Shown: one piece after another, positions 35,196 to 41,414 of the stretch
Layout of the letters: each line of letters starts with the position of its first letter
Numbering within the stretch: position 1 is the stretch's first letter
Source of the DNA: a virus
Taxonomy: Duplodnaviria > Caudoviricetes
DNA: 41,414 nucleotides
IMG/VR virus record: IMGVR_UViG_3300035548_000639
Span: 1 to 41,414 of that record
Reading direction: 5' to 3' (one strand)
Made by a program: the position numbers and the translations under genes
The notes under the pieces: generated by a model
What the model saw: the letters and a program-made list of their open reading frames with translations, nothing else
Told to the model about the DNA's origin: nothing
Databases searched by the model: none

Positions 35196-37310
35196 TCATC
35201 CCATGGGATAGTCCAGGGCCTCGGGGATCATGACCCCGGCCAGTCCGTTGCCCGCCCGGTCGCGGGCCATGCGGCACCCGGCCATGCACATGTCCACCCT
35301 GGCCTTGAGTTCCTGGAACTTCTTCAGGTCCTCGCGCTCGCAGGAGCATTGCTCCTGGTCGCCGATCTGGCCCAGGGGAGCGTTGCACTGGCAAGTCTGG
35401 AATCCGTAGACCAGCTCGGAGCAGATGCGGGCCACCTCGCCTGCGGCGCGGGCCGCCTGCACGTGGCAGAGGTCCTTGTAAAAGCCGGTCAGGTCGTCGA
35501 TGCCCTCGGACAGGGTCGGGGACATGGGGCCCTTCTCGATCAGCTCCATGACGTCGCAGGCCAGGAAGTAGGGACCGAGCAGCCAGCCGAGGGCGTCGGC
35601 CATGGGGAAGGTCACGCCCTGGCGCTTGTTGTGGTAGAGCTTGCGCCCGTCGTCGTCCTTGGCGGTCTGGAGGTACTCCAGGGTATGCTGCCACAGCTCC
35701 ATGGCCGAGGCGAGCACGTAGCCGCCCAGGCCGGGCACGTTCTTGCCCGCCGCCTGCATCTGTTTGATCCAGGCGGACACGGTGTGCTGGAATATCTCGC
35801 TGGTCATGGTCATGGTCATGTGGCGGCGCTGCACGGCCTCGGGGCCCTCGTAGGTGGCCTCGAGCTGGCAGTCGGTCCACTTCTGCATCAGGAAACCGGG
35901 GCAGTCCTCGGTGATGCCGTAGCCGCCCACCAGGGCGATCGCCTCGCGCATCATGGTCGCGCCCACGCCGGTGCACCAGAGCTTGACGCCGGGGTTGAGG
36001 ATGCCCGCCAGCGCCTCCATGTAGGCGTAGGAGACCAGGGTGTCGTTCTTGAGCTCTTCGTAACGGGCCTGGTCGCGCTCGGACTCTGGCGCGTACTCCA
36101 GGTCGATGAATTCCTTGACCGAATCAGCCATCTTGCGCAGGGCGACCATCTGCTTGCGCGGGCTGGTCACGCCCTCGGCCTCGAAGTGGGCCTCCTTGGC
36201 CTTCTCGATGGGATCGAAGGCATCGGCCAGCCTGGAGGCCGCAAAGGCCAGGGAACAGCCCGCCTCGCCCGAGGCCCAGACGTCGACCAGGCGCTGGAGC
36301 GCGTCCTCGTTGATCTGGAGGCCCTTGTCGTAGCGCGGGGACCCTTCCTTGGCCGCGTCGCCGCCCCGGAACCGGTTGCGGTGATAGCGGATGACCGGCT
36401 CCACTGCGGAGAGCAGCTTGGCCGAGGTCATGAGGCCCACCGGGATGCGGGTGCGGTGAAAGACCGCGCCGATGATCTCGGAGTGGTTGTACTTGGGCAC
36501 GATCACGCCGTCGACCACGTCGTAGCCGCCGATGATGCGGGAGGCCGGGACCTTGAGGATGAGCACGGGATCGCGCGTGGAGGAAAGCTGGTGGACCATC
36601 TTCAGGGTGGGCGCGCCCCGGTCGAAGAGGCCCTCGTCGGTGTCCTCCAGGATGACCATGAAGGACCCCTTGATGCGCTCGTCCCTGGACTCCACGGCGG
36701 CGGTCACGAAGTTGGCGAAATCCATGTTGGTGATGAACCGGCCGCGCTTGTCGATCTGGAGCCAGGGCTCCTCGCCGTCCTCCCACTCGGCAACCGAGGC
36801 CTTGCCGCAGAGCACGCCGGTGTCCACGCCCACGTAGGGCAGCGGCTCGGTCAGGGCGAAGGCGCCGCGCCAGATTTCCCGGTCCTCGCCCGGCTGGGGC
36901 GGCACGCAGGCGGCCATGTACTTGTCGCGCTGCTCCGGGGTGCCCTTCTCGTGGATGGGAGCCAGGGCCAGGTTGGAGGCCAGGGAACAGGTGGCCGCGC
37001 CCGCGTCGACCCAGGAAAGCTCGAAAGCGACCAGGGCCAGGGCCAGGTTCTTGGGCCCCTCGATGAAGCCGCCCTGGTGCGGGTCCATGAACAGGGAGGT
37101 CAGGCCGGACTGGTCGAACGCGGTCAGCAGCTCGTTTTTCTGCTCGGTCCACTCATGGGTGTTGCGGGCGCCTTCGGCCACAAGCTTGGCCACGGTGGAG
37201 CGGGCGATGGAACGGGCGGACTGGATGGACATCTGAAGATCGAAACGTTCGGCAAACCGCCACATGATCTGGCGGACGTCATCTCCCGGAAGAGTGCGTA
37301 ATGTATACAT
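35196..37310 (-). CDS. acyl-CoA dehydrogenase family protein (host)
   Basis: GAFALTEP, FITN, GGYG..ED, TYEGPEAVQR motifs; high-GC3 host codon usage. Confidence 0.9.
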   Translation of the reverse strand: MYTLRTLPGDDVRQIMWRFAERFDLQMSIQSARSIARSTVAKLVAEGARNTHEWTEQKNELLTAFDQSGLTSLFMDPHQGGFIEGPKNLALALVAFELSWVDAGAATCSLASNLALAPIHEKGTPEQRDKYMAACVPPQPGEDREIWRGAFALTEPLPYVGVDTGVLCGKASVAEWEDGEEPWLQIDKRGRFITNMDFANFVTAAVESRDERIKGSFMVILEDTDEGLFDRGAPTLKMVHQLSSTRDPVLILKVPASRIIGGYDVVDGVIVPKYNHSEIIGAVFHRTRIPVGLMTSAKLLSAVEPVIRYHRNRFRGGDAAKEGSPRYDKGLQINEDALQRLVDVWASGEAGCSLAFAASRLADAFDPIEKAKEAHFEAEGVTSPRKQMVALRKMADSVKEFIDLEYAPESERDQARYEELKNDTLVSYAYMEALAGILNPGVKLWCTGVGATMMREAIALVGGYGITEDCPGFLMQKWTDCQLEATYEGPEAVQRRHMTMTMTSEIFQHTVSAWIKQMQAAGKNVPGLGGYVLASAMELWQHTLEYLQTAKDDDGRKLYHNKRQGVTFPMADALGWLLGPYFLACDVMELIEKGPMSPTLSEGIDDLTGFYKDLCHVQAARAAGEVARICSELVYGFQTCQCNAPLGQIGDQEQCSCEREDLKKFQELKARVDMCMAGCRMARDRAGNGLAGVMIPEALDYPMG

Positions 37311-37586
37311 TTAGTCTTTCCTGAATTGGGTGTTGTACCGGTTCTTTTCAACCATGATATTATGAGTCCGCCACGATAGGGCATGTTCCGGAGCGAGTCA
37401 AAGTCTTTTTACTTTCAAACAATCGTTTAAGCCCCGCCAATACTGGATTTGCCGACCAGCCGACCATCAGTGGGCCGCTCCCTTTCACCGCAGGGGAAAA
37501 GCAACGGGCGGGCGGGCCGGAACGCTTTGACTTCGCACTCAATCGGTTGCTATATGAAAAGTCGCCATACCAAGGCGGCAATCCTG

Positions 37587-40500
37587 ATGAAAACTGAAAG
37601 CAGCATCGTCACCCTCGCGGCGAAAATCCGGGACTTCTCGCACACCCCGGTCAGCGCCGATCCTCCCGACTTGGCCGGACTGGCCGAGGAATTTCTCGAC
37701 GCGGTGCGCGACGTCGATCCGGGCGAAGCCACCCACGCCGCCCCCATTGCCGAGACCGGGCTCAACGTCTATCGCATCATACAGTCCAGCAAGGACTCCA
37801 TGACCATACGCTCCTGCCTGCGCATCCTGCTGGGCATCGGAAGATTCGGCCGCATCCTGGCGGCGCGGTTCGTGCTCGGCATGGCCGTGCCCCTGCGCGA
37901 GCTGGCGGCCATGGTCTCCTCCATCCCGGTCCCGGACCGACTGGCCCTGGCCCACGAGATGCTGCGCTCAAACCCGGCCGGTTTCGACCGGCAGATGCTC
38001 GCCTGGCTGGAGGGTCTGATGCAGCCCCTGGCCGCAGCCGACCCCTCGGAGCTGGCCCTGTTCGTGGCCTCCCTCGGGCGCGAAGGCGAGACCCTGGCCT
38101 TCCCGGCCCGGCAGGTGATCATGAACGGGCTGTTCGGCAAGTGGATGGAGACCCGGCTGAAGACCGGAGCCGACGCCGAGGATCTCGCCCAGCTCTGTTA
38201 CCTGGTGCGCGCCCTGGACGACCCGGAACAGGCCATGACCCTGGCCGTGTCCATGTCCGTGGGGTTCATCACCCCGACCCGCCTGGCCCTGGAAACCGTG
38301 GCCGGGGTAGCCGAAGCGGGAGACAAGCGCGTGCTCAACCTCTTCCTCGCTTCCCTCAAGTCCGGGGACCGGAATCTGGCCGGGGCCGGACTGGACGGCA
38401 TCATCGCCCAGAACACGCCCAACGCGGGCAAGCTGCTGGCCACCATCCGCAGGAAGATGCCCTCCCTGCGGCGGGTCGCGGCCACCAGGGCCCCCCTGCT
38501 CGGGGACGCCGCCTACCAGGCCTACCTCGACGCCCTGACCAGGGAAGAGCAGGACAAGGCGCGCACCGAGGCCTTCGGCGCGCTGCTCGGCATGGCCCCG
38601 GATTTCGTGGAGGCCCTGACCCGGGCGGGGACGGGCAAACCCATGGCCGGACCGGGAGAGACCGGCGGCCAGCCCGTGGCGGGTGACGAGATCGAGCCCC
38701 TCTCCTGCCACAAGCCCGGCTTTTTCGCCCGGCTGTTCGGCACCCGGAAAAAGACCCTGGAAAAGCTCCTGCCCAAATTCCGCAACCTCCGCGACCTGGA
38801 CCTGGTCTGCTCCAAGGTGGAATCCATGGAACTCGAAGGGAGGGAGCTGACCGACCTGAACCTGGCCGGGTCCTCCTTCCGCGAGACGGAATTCATCCGC
38901 AGCAAGATATCCGGGACCAGCCTGCGGGCGTGCACCTTCGGCAGCAATGCGATCACCGGCTGCACGTTCAACGCCGTGGATTTCTCGGGCTCGGATTTCG
39001 AGGGCACGGCCTTTGCCAACTGCTCGTTCAACGACTGCAATTTCACGGGAACGGCCTTTGCCAACTGCGAATTTTCGGACTGCCGGTTCCGCAACTGCAC
39101 CATGGGCGGCAGCGCGTTCCTGGCCGTGCACCTCACCCGGACCGGCTTTACCACCTCGGTCCTGGCCGGAGCGAACTTCCACGAGGTGGAGGGGCTGTCC
39201 TGCCGGTTCGAGAACGTGAACCTCACGGCGGCGAACTTCGTCACCAGCCGGTTCAAGGGGCTGGAATTCATCGACTGCATCATCCGCGCGGCCACCCTGA
39301 ACGGAACCCGGTTCCACGCCGTGGACATGCCCGGCTCCTCGGTGGCCAACTGTTTGGTCCACAACTGCGACCTGCCCCACGCCCTGTTCCTGTCCGCCCA
39401 GCTCGACCAATACGCCAGGCTGGCGACCGGGCTGGAACGCAAGAAATCGCCCGACCCCACGGTGATCCGCCCGGAGGTGGCCTCCAAGGTCCTGGCCGCC
39501 TGGTCGCGGGAGCTTTCCTTCCTGCGCCGCGAACGCCGCATGCTGGAGCACAACCGCACCCGGCTGACCCGGGCCCTGGACTGCATGGAGCGGTCCAAGC
39601 AGGCCTACCTGCGCATCCTGCCCCACATCATCAACACCGACGTGTTTGAAAAAAAGTTCGACCTGAAGAACATCCCCCACTGCGAGATATGGGGGTACAC
39701 CCCCGGCCTGACCACCCTGGAGCTGGCCGGGCAGTTCTTCCCGGACGCCGAGCCCTCCAAGGGACGGGCCGACATCCGCATCCTGGCGGTGTACGCCATG
39801 GGCAGCCTGGGGACCGTGGCCCAGACCGCCCAGTCGGACATCGACTGCTGGGTCTGCTACGACGGCGACGTGGGCATGGACGCCGAGGCGGGCCTCAAGC
39901 GCAAGCTCGACGCCCTGGGCCTGTGGGCGGAGAGCGAATTCGGCCTGGAGGCGCACTTCTTTCCCATGCGCATGGAGGACGTGCGCGACAACCGCTTCTC
40001 CTCGGGCGACGACGAGGAGAGCTCGGGCTCGGCCCAGGCGCTGCTGCTCAAGGAGGAGTTCTACCGCACCGCCCTGCGCATCGCGGGCAAAAGCCTCGCC
40101 TGGTGGGTCACCCCGGCCGGGGTGGACTGCCAGGACTACGGGGTCTGCATCCAGTCCGCCCGGCGCTATCCGGTCACGGGCCAGCCCCGGCTGGAGGACT
40201 TCGGCCACCTGGCCCCGGTGCCCCCGGACGAATATTTCGGCGGCTCGCTGTGGCAGATGGTCAAGGCCATCCACTCCCCGTTCAAATCCGTGCTCAAGCT
40301 CGGCCTGCTCGAGACCTATGCCGATGCCGGGGCGTCCAGCCTGCCCCTTTGCGACCGAATCAAGAACAACCTGTTCATGCACCGCCGGGGCGTGCGCAGG
40401 ACCGACCCCTACGGCGCGCTGTTCTCCACCCTGCACTCCCACCACGCCCGCCGGGGCGACAAGACGGCGGCGCGGCTGCTCACCGAATCGTTCATGTTCA

Positions 40501-41414
40501 AGGCCAACCTGTGCGACATCCCGTTCTTCATGAACCTGCCCGCGCGCAGGGAGGACGCCAGCCTGATCCGGGCCCTGTTCGGCAAGGGATACGTGGACCC
40601 GGACCGGGTCTGCAACTCCAACGTGAGATGGAATTTCGACAAGTCCCTGCGCATGGGGTCCTCGGTCCGCCAGTACATGGTCGGCACCTACCAGCGCATC
40701 CGCAAGGGCATCCGGGGCGGCGACAAGGGGTCCCGGATCAACGCCGAAGACATGACGCGCATGGGCCGCCGCATCGGGGCCAACTTCTCGAAAAAGGCCC
40801 ACAAGGTCATGCGCGTCCCCTTCATGGACGCCACCGGCGAGGAGTTCGCCCTCCTCCACTTCTCGGCCAACAAGAACCCGGGCAAGAAGACCATCTGGGA
40901 GGTGCGCGGCGGCTCGCGGTCCGAGGCCAAGCGGGCGGCGGACAACCTCCAGGTCCTGCACCGGAGCGGCGACCCTGTCCACCTCCTGGCCTGGCTCTTC
41001 GCCAACCGCATCTACAACCCCAAGAGCCACCTCCAGGGCGACCGCACCGTGGCCCCCATCTCCGTGGCCGACCTCCAGAAGCTGATGCCCGCCCTGCTCG
41101 AATTCTTCCCCTTTGACGAGACCTTCGAGCGGGACATCAACGAGGGCCTGGAGCCGGAGCGCGTGGTCCGCGCCTTCTTCATCTGCAACCTGACCACCGC
41201 GCCGGACGTCCAGCGCATCGAGCAGGCCGCAGTCATCTACTCCACCAACTGGGGGGAGTTGTTCTGCCGCACCTTTCTCAGGCCTGACCCGATCATAGAA
41301 AAGACCCCGTCCAAGTTCCTGGCCATGAACCTGGAGCAACACGTGAGCGGCATACCCGAGATGATTCTGTTCATCCCCAAGGGTTCGCAATGCAAACGAA
41401 TAAATCTTACCTAA
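37587..41414 (+). CDS. class I adenylate cyclase fused to pentapeptide repeats and an N-terminal helical domain (host)
   Basis: YAMGSLGTVAQTAQSDIDCW and SGSAQALLLKEEFYRT class I AC motifs; pentapeptide repeats at ~38.8-39.4 kb; start uncertain (37554 or 37587). Confidence 0.85.
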   Translation: MKTESSIVTLAAKIRDFSHTPVSADPPDLAGLAEEFLDAVRDVDPGEATHAAPIAETGLNVYRIIQSSKDSMTIRSCLRILLGIGRFGRILAARFVLGMAVPLRELAAMVSSIPVPDRLALAHEMLRSNPAGFDRQMLAWLEGLMQPLAAADPSELALFVASLGREGETLAFPARQVIMNGLFGKWMETRLKTGADAEDLAQLCYLVRALDDPEQAMTLAVSMSVGFITPTRLALETVAGVAEAGDKRVLNLFLASLKSGDRNLAGAGLDGIIAQNTPNAGKLLATIRRKMPSLRRVAATRAPLLGDAAYQAYLDALTREEQDKARTEAFGALLGMAPDFVEALTRAGTGKPMAGPGETGGQPVAGDEIEPLSCHKPGFFARLFGTRKKTLEKLLPKFRNLRDLDLVCSKVESMELEGRELTDLNLAGSSFRETEFIRSKISGTSLRACTFGSNAITGCTFNAVDFSGSDFEGTAFANCSFNDCNFTGTAFANCEFSDCRFRNCTMGGSAFLAVHLTRTGFTTSVLAGANFHEVEGLSCRFENVNLTAANFVTSRFKGLEFIDCIIRAATLNGTRFHAVDMPGSSVANCLVHNCDLPHALFLSAQLDQYARLATGLERKKSPDPTVIRPEVASKVLAAWSRELSFLRRERRMLEHNRTRLTRALDCMERSKQAYLRILPHIINTDVFEKKFDLKNIPHCEIWGYTPGLTTLELAGQFFPDAEPSKGRADIRILAVYAMGSLGTVAQTAQSDIDCWVCYDGDVGMDAEAGLKRKLDALGLWAESEFGLEAHFFPMRMEDVRDNRFSSGDDEESSGSAQALLLKEEFYRTALRIAGKSLAWWVTPAGVDCQDYGVCIQSARRYPVTGQPRLEDFGHLAPVPPDEYFGGSLWQMVKAIHSPFKSVLKLGLLETYADAGASSLPLCDRIKNNLFMHRRGVRRTDPYGALFSTLHSHHARRGDKTAARLLTESFMFKANLCDIPFFMNLPARREDASLIRALFGKGYVDPDRVCNSNVRWNFDKSLRMGSSVRQYMVGTYQRIRKGIRGGDKGSRINAEDMTRMGRRIGANFSKKAHKVMRVPFMDATGEEFALLHFSANKNPGKKTIWEVRGGSRSEAKRAADNLQVLHRSGDPVHLLAWLFANRIYNPKSHLQGDRTVAPISVADLQKLMPALLEFFPFDETFERDINEGLEPERVVRAFFICNLTTAPDVQRIEQAAVIYSTNWGELFCRTFLRPDPIIEKTPSKFLAMNLEQHVSGIPEMILFIPKGSQCKRINLT

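Noticed and set aside
35106-37301. 731-aa plus-strand ORF
   Set aside because: Antisense to the acyl-CoA dehydrogenase
38800-39400. Repetitive DNA suggestive of an array
   Set aside because: Explained by protein-level pentapeptide repeats; no CRISPR-like repeat-spacer periodicity seen here or elsewhere in the window
37968-41390. 1140-aa minus-strand ORF
   Set aside because: Antisense to the adenylate cyclase; high-GC3 artefact

Overview
About 34.9 kb of this window (1 to ~34,944) is a near-complete Mu-like transposable prophage with a contractile tail, in the B3/BcepMu-type layout. A leftward early operon (Ner-like regulator, DUF3102-like protein, DDE transposase, AAA/MuB-like ATPase, DUF3164, ASCH, GemA, Mor) diverges from a central CI-like repressor. 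Rightward late genes follow: lysis, terminase, portal, MuF, protease/scaffold, capsid, tail, baseplate, one tail fibre, Com and a DNA methyltransferase in the mom position. The left prophage end lies outside the window. The rest (~34,945-41,414) is GC-rich host DNA, probably Desulfovibrionaceae (inference), encoding an acyl-CoA dehydrogenase and a pentapeptide-repeat/class I adenylate cyclase fusion. The best candidate for an undescribed system is the MuF protein, which has a C-terminal PBECR-like nuclease extension and is followed not by an immunity ORF but by a compact multi-stem, probably pseudoknotted non-coding element. Other hidden signals: an embedded Rz1 o-spanin, the Mu-type CGGGGGCGA -2 frameshift site, a nested scaffold start, twin 20-bp late-promoter activator boxes, inverted operator repeats, an unannotated com gene and a signal-peptide-like leader on the major capsid protein. 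All family assignments come from motif recognition and gene order, not database searches.
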